Assembly: GCA_037441285.1 (NCBI GenBank)
Contig: JBBISL010000001.1
Span: 84,611 to 148,610 of the forward strand
Source of the DNA: a candidate division WOR-3 bacterium
GTDB taxonomy: Bacteria; Hydrothermota; Tepidihabitantia; Tepidihabitantales; Tepidihabitantaceae
Length of the DNA stretch: 64,000 bases
Direction: 5' to 3'
The number at the start of each line of letters is the position of its first letter. Within the stretch, counting starts at the first letter, position 1. Below the pieces are notes generated by a model that saw only the letters and a list, made by a program, of their open reading frames with translations, was not told where the DNA came from and searched no databases. Positions 37,531-46,337 of the stretch are shown piece by piece. The position numbers were made by a program, and so were the translations under genes.

Positions 37531-38402
37531 CGAACAATCGCCAGTTTGGCAAAACGAATGATATCGCTCTGCCCGTTTTCAATCCGCAACCGTACCACAT
37601 AGAGTCCGGGTGGTATATTCTTTAAATCAACAGCAGCTTCGTTGTCGAGCAAAGGAACCGCTTGGCCTGCAAACTCATCAATTACCGGTTTTCCGCTCAT
37701 ATCCAGCACCATCAACCAAACTTTGCCCGAATTAGAACCCAGACGATATCGAATCGTCACATTTTCACCGGCGGGATTAGGATAAACATAAAAAGATTGC
37801 ACAAGATTTTCTGGCTGCTGGGGAAAATCGGGCAAATAGGAAAGGGGAACAAAGCCTGTGTGGCAGGAGTTATAATTGGCACAGGACCAGACCGCCTCAG
37901 GAGACGAGCCCGGAATTTTATACGCATAGAACACCCCGTTGTCCGAGCCGGCAACGATTTCTATCACACCATCATTGTCAATATCGGCAACCAGCGGAAT
38001 GGCACTAACCGGAGCGGTAGTTTGCAAAGGGAAAAATGGTAACATTTTACCTGTTTTGCCATCATACCCGAGAAGACCGTACTGAGGTGAGCCAATAATC
38101 AAATCTAAGACATCGTCGTTATTCAAATCGGCAATAACCGGCGATGAGGTATAATTAAAAGGTACATCATAAGTTATAATCCAGTTCCCTGCCAGTTCCT
38201 GAGTAGTATAGGTCGACTCATGAACAAATGGGTAGTTGGTGACCAGAGTTCCGTTTGGGTTGAAGGCGTAAATTTTGTGTCGGGAAGCAGCAACAATATC
38301 AAGATAGCCATCACCGTTCAAATCAGCGACCGCCGGTTGTCCAGCAAATGGATACTCAATCATTTTTTCCGAGCAGTATGCAATCCTGCCGTCATGTTCC
38401 AC
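37527..38402 (-). CDS. FG-GAP/VCBS repeat protein with a T9SS C-terminal domain; possibly the detached C-terminus of the upstream M6 protease
   Basis: VADLNGDGYLDIV, IADLNNDDVLDLI and VADIDNDGVIEIV repeats. The tail is YVYPNPAGENVTIRY...GLYVVRLRIENG...AIVR. It has a GTG start and no signal peptide. Confidence 0.55.
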   Translation of the reverse strand: MEHDGRIAYCSEKMIEYPFAGQPAVADLNGDGYLDIVAASRHKIYAFNPNGTLVTNYPFVHESTYTTQELAGNWIITYDVPFNYTSSPVIADLNNDDVLDLIIGSPQYGLLGYDGKTGKMLPFFPLQTTAPVSAIPLVADIDNDGVIEIVAGSDNGVFYAYKIPGSSPEAVWSCANYNSCHTGFVPLSYLPDFPQQPENLVQSFYVYPNPAGENVTIRYRLGSNSGKVWLMVLDMSGKPVIDEFAGQAVPLLDNEAAVDLKNIPPGLYVVRLRIENGQSDIIRFAKLAIVR

Positions 38403-38426
38403 ACTGTAAAGTTAATAAACGTCCTC

Positions 38427-40787
38427 TCACACCGCGATAACCGCAATTTCCATAACACTATCCCGGTCAAAATCGGCAACAATCGGTTGACTCACCGCAT
38501 AGAATGACGAAACTCCCAAAACTACCGGGAAGTTGGGAACAACCGAACCATCCGGGTTGATTAAAAAAAGACGGTGGTCTCCAGTGAGAAGCACAATTTT
38601 CGGTTGAATCGTATCGGTAACCGCAACCGGTGCCCTGATTTCTGAACCGACATTCAGGGGAAATCCGGGTAACGCCACACCCTGATAATTCCAGGCATAA
38701 AGTTTCCCATCGGTTGAACCCACAATAACATCCCTTAACCCATCGCCATCAATATCAACAAGTACCGGTGCGGCGGTAATTCGGTCTAATGTCCGCATTG
38801 TCGCAATGGACTGGCCGATAGCCCCATAAATCCGGACTCTACCATCTTCGCCAGCCACGACCACTTCAAACCCGGGACTGGGCGCAACATCACCAACCGC
38901 GACATCGGCACTGATACCTGTCCCGATGTTAACAAAACTACCATTGGGAAACCGATACCCTCTGCCATCAGGTTCCCAGATGCTAATCTGACCCGCGCTA
39001 TCTGCGGTAATAATCTCCTGGATACCATTCCCATCGATATCAGCCGTAAATGAAGAAAGGAACCGTGAGCCCCGATTCTGGTTAACGGCAAAACCTGATT
39101 GATAAAGCTCCCAGTTAATCCGCAAAGGAATCACGGTGTCTTTCAGTCGGTTGACTGTGTCTCTTTCCCCAAAAAGTTCTACCGCAATAAATGTTTTTCC
39201 AGTATAACCATCGCTATTCGGATTGGTCTGGGCGTTAAAACGGTCATTATAACCCTGCTTAGAAAAAGCATCGAATTTATATCCGTAGACTTCGTACTGG
39301 TAATTGTAAGTCTGCCAGTAGGGCACATCAAAATCCTGAACCCCATCCCCCTCTTCAAGGTCAACCCCTTTGTGTTCCGGAAAAATATTGACCGCATTGT
39401 AGGGACCGTAGTCAGCGAGAACCTTTTCGTCAATGTGCCAGATTAAAATCCCAGAACCGGGCTGGAAAAAGTCGTATTCGTTCGACTCAACAGAAATTAC
39501 CACTCCATCTTCAGCATCAACGATGATGGTGTCGGGCTTTCGGACATCGGTTTGCCGATTTTCAATCAAGAAGTACTCATGCTCATTAATGGGTACTTTA
39601 ACAACCCGGGGGAATAGACTTTCGGGCTGGGAGTGGAACAGTTCGGTATCCACTGCTGCGGCAAAGACCAAAAGCGATTCCACAGGGGTCTGAACTACTG
39701 TTGGTTTAACAAGTCCGAGTTTGACCCGATTATAAGCATCAAGAAATCCGGGTATTATCCCGGGTGGGGCACCAGCACCATAATCTCCTAACCAGCCACC
39801 GTAGCCCATTAAACTCCATGCCCCAACCCCCATTGTTACTCCGGTAACATCGTAAAGGTCATACGCGCCCAGAAGGTGGGCAAACTCGTGTGCGAGGGTT
39901 CCCGCTAAACCTACCATACCGGCAAGGTTGGTCTCCCCTGTTTCGGTCAGGGTATCCTGACGCATCATTTCGGGTAGCACTGTTGCCTGTTCAATGCGGG
40001 TTCTTCCGGAATCAACTAAAATGTACGGAACGCCGAGATACGCTTCTATCGCGCCCGGTGGAATTTCTCCGGCAAGCAAATCATAAGGACTGTCCCATTT
40101 CTCATCTGCCGCTAAATCAGACTGCAACCCGCTACCAGCATGGAAAATAATGAACTCATCGTAATCGCTGAAGTTTATCGAAGGGTCCTCATCGGCGAGC
40201 TTGAACGCATCGTGCATCAACCGCACCAGCCCGAACTCAATTCCCTCGTAGGAGATTGTATCGCCATAAAACATCATCTCCCTTGGTAATTGATAGGCAG
40301 CCTTTTCTTCATCAGGTACAACCCGAAAGTCAATATAAAGTCGGCCCTGAGACTGGGCAAGGTAGTAGTTTCGCAAACCTTCCATTAACCTCTCAAAATA
40401 CCGTTTGAAATGGGGTGGGTCGTAAAAGAGTCCGGAGTCAGGGGAAAGAAATCCTAAAGTGTCAAACTTGCCATTACCCGTAGTTAAAGGTGTGGTATCT
40501 TCAACAAACTCCACCCGTATACATAGAACCCGCACCGTATCAACCCCGCCCTGCTGAAGCCTTTCAATCCGAGCCAAATCCCTGCTGGTTGGCTGGAAGC
40601 GAAACCGCTGGAATGGCGATGTTCTGTTCTGCATCACCGTTTGAGAAAGTATCAGCCTTTTGCTGAACTCAATTTGAAGGTCTCTACCCGCTGCCGGTTG
40701 CCTGATTAAGGTCAGTTTTTCTGCGGCGCCAAATTCAAGGGATATGAAAATCAAGGTTAAAATTGTCGGAATTGATACTCGCTTCAA
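38427..40787 (-). CDS. M6 (immune inhibitor A-like) family metalloprotease with C-terminal FG-GAP repeats
   Basis: Zinc motif TLAHEFAHLLGAYDLYD, followed by FG-GAP-like repeats (ADIDGNGIQEII, VDIDGDGLRDVIV, ADFDRDSVMEIAV). I placed the start at TTG 40787 (MKRVSIPTILTLIFISLEFGAA signal peptide) because the ORF-track N-terminus overlaps tRNA-Ser. Confidence 0.72.
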   Translation of the reverse strand: MKRVSIPTILTLIFISLEFGAAEKLTLIRQPAAGRDLQIEFSKRLILSQTVMQNRTSPFQRFRFQPTSRDLARIERLQQGGVDTVRVLCIRVEFVEDTTPLTTGNGKFDTLGFLSPDSGLFYDPPHFKRYFERLMEGLRNYYLAQSQGRLYIDFRVVPDEEKAAYQLPREMMFYGDTISYEGIEFGLVRLMHDAFKLADEDPSINFSDYDEFIIFHAGSGLQSDLAADEKWDSPYDLLAGEIPPGAIEAYLGVPYILVDSGRTRIEQATVLPEMMRQDTLTETGETNLAGMVGLAGTLAHEFAHLLGAYDLYDVTGVTMGVGAWSLMGYGGWLGDYGAGAPPGIIPGFLDAYNRVKLGLVKPTVVQTPVESLLVFAAAVDTELFHSQPESLFPRVVKVPINEHEYFLIENRQTDVRKPDTIIVDAEDGVVISVESNEYDFFQPGSGILIWHIDEKVLADYGPYNAVNIFPEHKGVDLEEGDGVQDFDVPYWQTYNYQYEVYGYKFDAFSKQGYNDRFNAQTNPNSDGYTGKTFIAVELFGERDTVNRLKDTVIPLRINWELYQSGFAVNQNRGSRFLSSFTADIDGNGIQEIITADSAGQISIWEPDGRGYRFPNGSFVNIGTGISADVAVGDVAPSPGFEVVVAGEDGRVRIYGAIGQSIATMRTLDRITAAPVLVDIDGDGLRDVIVGSTDGKLYAWNYQGVALPGFPLNVGSEIRAPVAVTDTIQPKIVLLTGDHRLFLINPDGSVVPNFPVVLGVSSFYAVSQPIVADFDRDSVMEIAVIAV

Positions 40788-40813
40788 TTTTCCTCGCTTT
40801 ACAAATTTAAAAG

Positions 40814-40901
40814 CGGAGAGAGAGGGATTCGAACCCCCGATACCCGTAAAGGGTATACGTGATTTCGAGTCACGCGCCTTCGTCCACTCGGCCATCTCTC
40901 C
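40814..40901 (-). tRNA. tRNA-Ser (anticodon CGA)
   Basis: Hand-folded, 88 nt: acceptor GGAGAGA/TCTCTCC, anticodon arm CGTGA-CTCGAAA-TCACG, a long variable arm, and T-loop TTCGAAT. Confidence 0.88.
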
Positions 40902-40911
40902 ACAAAACCTG

Positions 40912-41391
40912 TTATCCTAACGCCCGCTTTGATTCGCGCCTTTTCTTAAAAAAGGTTTTTAGAAGTTGTGCCGTCTCGTTTGCCAGGACACCTTCGGTAA
41001 CATCAAGGCGATGGTTAAACTTATCGTCCCGGGCGATATCGTATTGCGAACCGAGACAACCAAACTTCTCATCCCGGGCTCCAAATACAACCCGTTTAGG
41101 TCGTGCCAGAATCAACGCACCGGTGCACATCAAGCATGGCTCAAGAGTTATGTAAACCGTTGCCCCGGTTAATCGCCAGTTACCAAGAGTGGTGGCGGCT
41201 GAAGTCAACGCCAGAATTTCGGCATGAGCGGTCGGGTCTTTAAGACTTTCCACGCGATTATGGCCCCGCCCAATAATAACCCCTTCTTTAACCACCACAC
41301 ACCCCACTGGTACTTCACCCTCCTTAAGCCCCAGTTGTGCTTCGGCAAGGGCGAGTCGCATCCACCTTTCGTCTTCTTCTAAATTCCGCAT
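40912..41391 (-). CDS. tadA: tRNA adenosine(34) deaminase
   Basis: CDA-fold motifs HAEILAL and PCLMCTGA, and about 159 aa. Confidence 0.93.
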   Translation of the reverse strand: MRNLEEDERWMRLALAEAQLGLKEGEVPVGCVVVKEGVIIGRGHNRVESLKDPTAHAEILALTSAATTLGNWRLTGATVYITLEPCLMCTGALILARPKRVVFGARDEKFGCLGSQYDIARDDKFNHRLDVTEGVLANETAQLLKTFFKKRRESKRALG

Positions 41392-41400
41392 CTTATATCA

Positions 41401-41474
41401 TGCGCCCGGCGCGATTCGAACGCGCAACCTACGGATTCGTAGTCCGGCACTCTATCCAGTTGAGCTACGGGCGC
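41401..41474 (-). tRNA. tRNA-Arg (anticodon ACG)
   Basis: Hand-folded, 74 nt: acceptor GCGCCCG/CGGGCGC, anticodon loop CTACGAA, T arm GCGCG-TTCGAAT-CGCGC. The 27:43 pair is a C-U mismatch. Confidence 0.85.
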
Positions 41475-41486
41475 ATTCTTAAACCT

Positions 41487-41514
41487 ATTGTAGATTTACA
41501 ATACAGAAAGTCAA
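41487..41514 (-). promoter_or_regulatory. sigma70-type promoter for the tRNA-Arg/tadA/tRNA-Ser unit
   Basis: On the minus strand: TTGACT 41514-41509, 16-nt spacer, TACAAT 41492-41487. The mature tRNA 5' end lies 12 nt downstream of the -10 box. Confidence 0.6.
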
Positions 41515-41607
41515 GCCCGAATAGTGAAAAGCTGCCTCGGCACTCTCTTACATTACTCCCAAAGATGCGATTGAAGCCGTTTGAATAATCGTTAGCGTAC
41601 CCCGCTG

Positions 41608-43866
41608 TTACCGGGTAAGCACAATTCGTTCCGTGAGTATCCGCTCCGCACTCAACCGGCAGAAATAGATACCCGCTGGCACTCTGCGACCGGTACGGTC
41701 CGTACCATTCCAGGAGACCTGATACTCTCCAGCCGCAGAAACACCGTCGACCAATCTATTGACTCTCCTGCCCAGAGCATCAAAGATTTCAAGACGAATC
41801 GGACCAGACGCACCGAGGGAATAGCGGATATTAACAACCGAACCGTTGGGATTTGCTCCTGCAATAGCAAGAGTAGTCTGGTATTTCACTGTCGGCGCGC
41901 TGGCAATGCCGGTTCCAGTCACAACAATGTCTTCGAGTGGACCTTTATCACCCCAACCCCACGCAGCGTTGTGGCCTCGCACCCGATACCAGTATTGACC
42001 GGTTTGGGTGACGGTGATTTCATACATCGTATCGGTAATGTTGTCTGCCACAGTCCGGCGACTGGCAAAACCGGGCACGGGCCAGACATCGTCAATATAA
42101 ACACCGGCATTGAGCGTACCATCATCAGTCATATAGCGGAACCGGATATAAACCGATTTTCCTGCCCAGGGTTCCAAAGAATAGGATTTATAGAGCCAGC
42201 CGTTTGAATTGCCGGTATAGCGGTCGTGCAACTGAATCCATTCTTTGCCTTCAAGCGAGACCTCGGTAGTCACGACATCGTAGTTGGTCTCGGTGTTGTA
42301 CCAAATCCAGTAGCGCAAACTGTCGCCGGAGTGAACCGGATAAGGGTCTGCGATCATCGCATAGTTGGCAATATTGTTACCGGTACCAAGATAAACGCTG
42401 TAACTTCCTGAATGCTTCTGGGTCGTGGAAAGCGATGCCCCTTGAAATACCCAACGACTGGTGCCACTTTCAAAACCATCTTCAACAACGGAAAGGTCAC
42501 TCAACTCCTCCAGTTCCCAGCGGTCCGGATGGTTCTGTTCCGGTCTGATTGGTGTCCAGTGTACGACAAAAGTCCCGGTTGCGCTTGAATCCATCGGTGC
42601 AAGAATTGGTCGGGGCACCATTCCTTCAAGCGCCTGAATCACCGAATCGGCGCGGCTGTACAGAAACCATAATCCCTTAAAAACTTCGCGCTGAATCGCA
42701 TCTAACTCGCTTGTTGGCTGATAAAATTCCGTGCCGATTTCAAACACATAACTCATGCAAGGAAAACCGCCGATGTAATGTGCCCAGCCATACATCCAGT
42801 CAATTTCACCGCCGCTTGTCGGATAAAGCTGGCTCGATGGTTGAGGGGTATATGTACCGCCGGAAAGGCGTTGCATCTGTTGAGCAATACCCTGCCCCAG
42901 ACTCATCAGCGTGGCGTTGTCCGGAGGTGTTTCTCCACTGCCATAGGGCCAGAGCACAAGCTCTGAATAAGAGTGTAAAGAAACCGCACAAACAAAGGTA
43001 TGCTGTTTAAAGAAAGAGTTCATCGCCGCGACCTCTTTGCCCCAGGCACCGAACCCACCCATAAAGGTTGCATCACTTGGACGATGAGAAGACACTGAAC
43101 CAAAAACGAGCGAACCCCAATCGGACATCCTTGAGCCGTTGCAGGCACCGTTGTAGTTCCGATTCGGGTCCGAACCGATTGAGGAACCAAATGGTTGACG
43201 ATTCTTACGCCAGGAACGCTGACCAGGATAGTCGTAAACATAGCCATCAACATTCAAAATGGGAATAACCCAAACCTGATGATTGTCAACAAAGTTTCGG
43301 AACTCAGTATTGCTGGCGTAGTTGCGCAAAATGGTGTCGGCAAAGTAGCGCGCGGCTTGCGGACTCGCCCATTCCCGGGCATGGTGCATCCCAACAAGCA
43401 AAACCTCTGCTTCATCCTCCTCAACCTGCGGGTTGTCTGAAATCTTTACCCCGTAAATCCATCGACCTTCGTGGGTTTGACCGATGGAGTCAAACCGGCA
43501 GATGGCTGGATAGTTTGACGCCCAGGACCGCATAATTGAAACCAGTGAATCGTAGGAGCAGTAGAATCCGAACCCCTGGGCTTGCAGTTTTTGTGCCTCA
43601 AGGTCCGGGATGATTATCTCACTTTTTAAACCGGAATTGAGCACAAGACTCAGGTCCTCTTCTTCAAGAAGCAGGTCGTAAGAAGAGCCCGGTATTGCAC
43701 CGGCAATCTCAATCGATGTGCCCTTGAAGGGAATGTGTTGATAAACTGTTTGATAGTCCGGTGCCTTAACCCGAACAATCAGCTGCTTTGCCTGAACAAA
43801 ACTTACCAGGGCGGTAAGGCAAAAAATAAGGCTTAAAGCCCTGCCTGTGACATAACTTTTTTTCAT
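41608..43866 (-). CDS. M14 family zinc carboxypeptidase with a T9SS/FlgD-Ig-like C-terminal domain
   Basis: Signal peptide MKKSYVTGRALSLIFCLTALVSFVQA after an AAGGAG Shine-Dalgarno site, zinc ligands in HAREWAS and SLHSYSE, and the tail ...RLEIFDALGRRV...AGIYFCRL...IVLTR. Confidence 0.8.
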   Translation of the reverse strand: MKKSYVTGRALSLIFCLTALVSFVQAKQLIVRVKAPDYQTVYQHIPFKGTSIEIAGAIPGSSYDLLLEEEDLSLVLNSGLKSEIIIPDLEAQKLQAQGFGFYCSYDSLVSIMRSWASNYPAICRFDSIGQTHEGRWIYGVKISDNPQVEEDEAEVLLVGMHHAREWASPQAARYFADTILRNYASNTEFRNFVDNHQVWVIPILNVDGYVYDYPGQRSWRKNRQPFGSSIGSDPNRNYNGACNGSRMSDWGSLVFGSVSSHRPSDATFMGGFGAWGKEVAAMNSFFKQHTFVCAVSLHSYSELVLWPYGSGETPPDNATLMSLGQGIAQQMQRLSGGTYTPQPSSQLYPTSGGEIDWMYGWAHYIGGFPCMSYVFEIGTEFYQPTSELDAIQREVFKGLWFLYSRADSVIQALEGMVPRPILAPMDSSATGTFVVHWTPIRPEQNHPDRWELEELSDLSVVEDGFESGTSRWVFQGASLSTTQKHSGSYSVYLGTGNNIANYAMIADPYPVHSGDSLRYWIWYNTETNYDVVTTEVSLEGKEWIQLHDRYTGNSNGWLYKSYSLEPWAGKSVYIRFRYMTDDGTLNAGVYIDDVWPVPGFASRRTVADNITDTMYEITVTQTGQYWYRVRGHNAAWGWGDKGPLEDIVVTGTGIASAPTVKYQTTLAIAGANPNGSVVNIRYSLGASGPIRLEIFDALGRRVNRLVDGVSAAGEYQVSWNGTDRTGRRVPAGIYFCRLSAERILTERIVLTR

Positions 43867-43941
43867 CTTGACTCCTTTTCTCTTTTGGGGACCATTGGTT
43901 AACAAGCTCACCAGTCCATTACAATCTCTGCTCACCATAAA

Positions 43942-43970
43942 ATTATAAACTATGGATTTAAACCGGTCAA
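43942..43970 (-). promoter_or_regulatory. sigma70-type promoter for the M14 peptidase gene
   Basis: On the minus strand: TTGACC 43970-43965, 17-nt spacer, TATAAT 43947-43942. This implies a leader of about 68 nt carrying a Shine-Dalgarno site before ATG 43866. Confidence 0.5.
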
Positions 43971-43980
43971 TTAAATCCGG

Positions 43981-44391
43981 CTACTCATCCGGTGGCTGGC
44001 GCAACTCCTTCTTTTCGGCAACAAGATGTTTCAATCGCAAAATTTTTTCTTTTGCCCTTCGGGAACGGCGGCGCTTCTGACGCCGAATCCGGGCAATCTC
44101 TCTTTCCCGCTCCGTTTCAATTTTCAGAATTTGTGCGGCAACCTTCTCGGCTAAAATTCGCCGCGCCAGAAACCGGTTTAACGCTTGGGAACGTTCTCTC
44201 GTAACCTTGACCTCTATTCCGGTGGGCAGATGTTTTAGATAAACTCCGGTTGCCACCTTGTTGACATTCTGGCCACCCGGTCCGCGGGAACGGACAAACC
44301 GCTCAATTAAATCTTCCTCCCGGATTCCCAGCCGTGTCATCTTTTCCGCCAGTTCCGCCTCTTTTTTCGCACTTACCCCGAACCGACTCAA
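43981..44391 (-). CDS. arfB: alternative ribosome-rescue factor ArfB (peptidyl-tRNA hydrolase, RF-1 domain)
   Basis: GPGGQNVNKV (GGQ motif), a basic C-terminal tail RRQKRRRSRRAKEK, about 136 aa, and a TTG start with GAGGT 7 nt upstream. Confidence 0.85.
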   Translation of the reverse strand: MSRFGVSAKKEAELAEKMTRLGIREEDLIERFVRSRGPGGQNVNKVATGVYLKHLPTGIEVKVTRERSQALNRFLARRILAEKVAAQILKIETEREREIARIRRQKRRRSRRAKEKILRLKHLVAEKKELRQPPDE

Positions 44392-44414
44392 ATCCGTTAC
44401 CTCAACTCAAATGG

Positions 44415-46337
44415 TTAAATCGGCTCGACAATCATCAGGGGCTGACCATATTCAACCGAATCGCCATCCCTTACCAGGATTTCAACAATCCGACACTTCT
44501 TCTCCGCCTGAATCTCATTCATCAACTTCATCGCCTCAACGATGCAGAGCGTCTGTCCCGGTTCAACAACATCACCTTTTTCCACAAACGGCGCGGATTC
44601 GGGACGGGCACGCGAGTAAAATGTTCCGACCATCGGCGAAATAATCTCTTCGGTTTTTGCCGGCTTGGTCGGTGCCGGTTCACTGGGCACGGTTGGTTGG
44701 GGTTCGGCAACCGGTTGTGGTGCAACCGGTTGTGGCTCTTCTTTCGCGGGTGCTGATGGCGCAGCCGCTACGGGCTGCGGTGCTGACACCACAGGAATCT
44801 GGACCGGTGTTGCTCCACCCCGCTTAATCCGCACTTTCTCAGAACCCGACTCCCAATCCAGTTCGGTTACACTATGAGCACTTGCCAGTTCCATCAAGCT
44901 GCGCAACCTTCTGATACCCGGCTCTTCCGGCGGTTGTGGTGCGGCGGGCTTCTCTGCCTGAGGTTTTGCGGCTGCTGCCGGCTTGGGTTCTAAAGCAGGA
45001 GTTGGATTTTTCCGCCACTGGAAAAACTTCAGTGCCACCTCCGGGAAAATCGCATAGGAGATGTAATCTTCCTCCTTAACCACCAAATCCCGGGAAAGCT
45101 CCTTCTTTGCCCGTGGCATACCCGGTTCCAGTCGGTCTGCGGGCCTTCCTTTAATCGGTTTTTCGTCCCCTAAAATTTTCTTCATCACCGCTTCCCGGAT
45201 CGGTGCTGGTGGCCTACCATAAAGACCTTTTACATAGTCCCGGACCTCTTTCGGCACAACCTTATAGCGCTCGCCGCTCAAAACATTCATCACCGCCTGG
45301 ACTCCAACAATTTGACTGGTTGGTGTCACGAGCGGTGGATAACCCAAATCTTCGCGTACCCGGGGTACCTCTTCAAGAACCTCAGGCAACCGATGTTCTG
45401 CCTTTTGCTCCTTTAACTGAGAGAGAAGGTTTGATGCCATACCACCGGGAATCTGATGGGTAATGACCATCGAATCCATCACCTTGGTACCGGGAATACA
45501 CTTGTTGGCGGTTAGTTTTTCGAAATGCTGTTCAATCGCCTCCAGGGCTTCAATGTTGAGTTCGGTCTCCCATTGCGTCCCCTGAAAACAGGCAAGCAGA
45601 GCCTCGACCGCCGGTTGTGAGGTAAAAAATGAAAGTGGTGCGGAGGCGGTATCGATAATGTCGGCACCGGCTTCAACCGCCTTGAAGTAGGTCGCAACCG
45701 CCATCCCGCTCGAAGAATGGCAATGCACCTGAACTTCGAGCCCGAGTTCCTGTTTAAGGGCACTGACCAGTTCAAACGTCTTAGGCGGTGACAGAATCCC
45801 CGCCATATCCTTAATGCAGATAGAGTCAATCCCCATCTCTTTCTGTTCTTTTGCCCGGGCAAGATAGTACTCTACGGTATGGACGGGACTCACCGCATAA
45901 CAAAGCGTCCCCTGAGCATGTTTTCCCGCCTTTTTGACAAACTCAATCGCCTTCTCTAAATTCCGAGCATCGTTCAATGCATCAAATACCCGGAAGATAT
46001 CAATACCCCATTCCGCGGCTTTAAAGACAAAAGCCTCAAGGACATCGTCTGGATAGTTCCGATACCCAACCACATTCTGCCCCCGTAATAGCATTTGCAG
46101 TTTTGTGCTCTTTATCCGTTTCCGAATCTCCCGCAACCTTTCCCAGGGGTCTTCATTCAGATAACGAAGGCAAACATCAAATGTTGCTCCACCCCACATT
46201 TCCAGCGACCAGTAGCCAACCGCATCAAACTTTTCCAGAACCGGAAGCATATCTTCCAGTGTCATACGCGTTGCCCAGAGTGACTGGTGGGCATCACGCA
46301 GGGTCGTATCGGTGAATCTAATCGGTTTTTTCTCCAT
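44415..46337 (-). CDS. pyruvate carboxylase subunit B / oxaloacetate decarboxylase alpha subunit (carboxyltransferase plus biotinyl domain)
   Basis: N-terminal FTDTTLRDAHQSL HMGL-like carboxyltransferase domain, a long Pro/Ala-rich linker, and the C-terminal biotinylation motif EAMKLMNEI. Confidence 0.85.
   Translation of the reverse strand: MEKKPIRFTDTTLRDAHQSLWATRMTLEDMLPVLEKFDAVGYWSLEMWGGATFDVCLRYLNEDPWERLREIRKRIKSTKLQMLLRGQNVVGYRNYPDDVLEAFVFKAAEWGIDIFRVFDALNDARNLEKAIEFVKKAGKHAQGTLCYAVSPVHTVEYYLARAKEQKEMGIDSICIKDMAGILSPPKTFELVSALKQELGLEVQVHCHSSSGMAVATYFKAVEAGADIIDTASAPLSFFTSQPAVEALLACFQGTQWETELNIEALEAIEQHFEKLTANKCIPGTKVMDSMVITHQIPGGMASNLLSQLKEQKAEHRLPEVLEEVPRVREDLGYPPLVTPTSQIVGVQAVMNVLSGERYKVVPKEVRDYVKGLYGRPPAPIREAVMKKILGDEKPIKGRPADRLEPGMPRAKKELSRDLVVKEEDYISYAIFPEVALKFFQWRKNPTPALEPKPAAAAKPQAEKPAAPQPPEEPGIRRLRSLMELASAHSVTELDWESGSEKVRIKRGGATPVQIPVVSAPQPVAAAPSAPAKEEPQPVAPQPVAEPQPTVPSEPAPTKPAKTEEIISPMVGTFYSRARPESAPFVEKGDVVEPGQTLCIVEAMKLMNEIQAEKKCRIVEILVRDGDSVEYGQPLMIVEPI

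Noticed and set aside
25346-38429. Stop-codon reassignment as an explanation for the in-frame TAA in polX and the TGA/TAA at the M6 protease junction
   Set aside because: TAA, TGA and TAG all terminate many well-conserved genes in this window at the expected protein lengths (for example ahcY and thrS with TAA, the HDAC gene with TGA, and the 34126 gene with TAG). A standard code with local lesions or errors is the simpler explanation.
40788-40895. N-terminal 36 residues of the ORF-track protein 38427..40895 (MAEWTKARDSKSRIPFTGIGGSNPSLS...)
   Set aside because: This segment is the translation of tRNA-Ser(CGA) (40814-40901) read as protein. The real protease start is downstream, at TTG 40787, which gives a proper signal peptide.
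44707-44736. 15-nt tandem duplication as a standalone repeat element
   Set aside because: It lies inside the Pro/Ala linker coding region of the pycB-like gene and simply encodes PQPVA-type linker repeats. It is a slippage product rather than a regulatory or mobile repeat.
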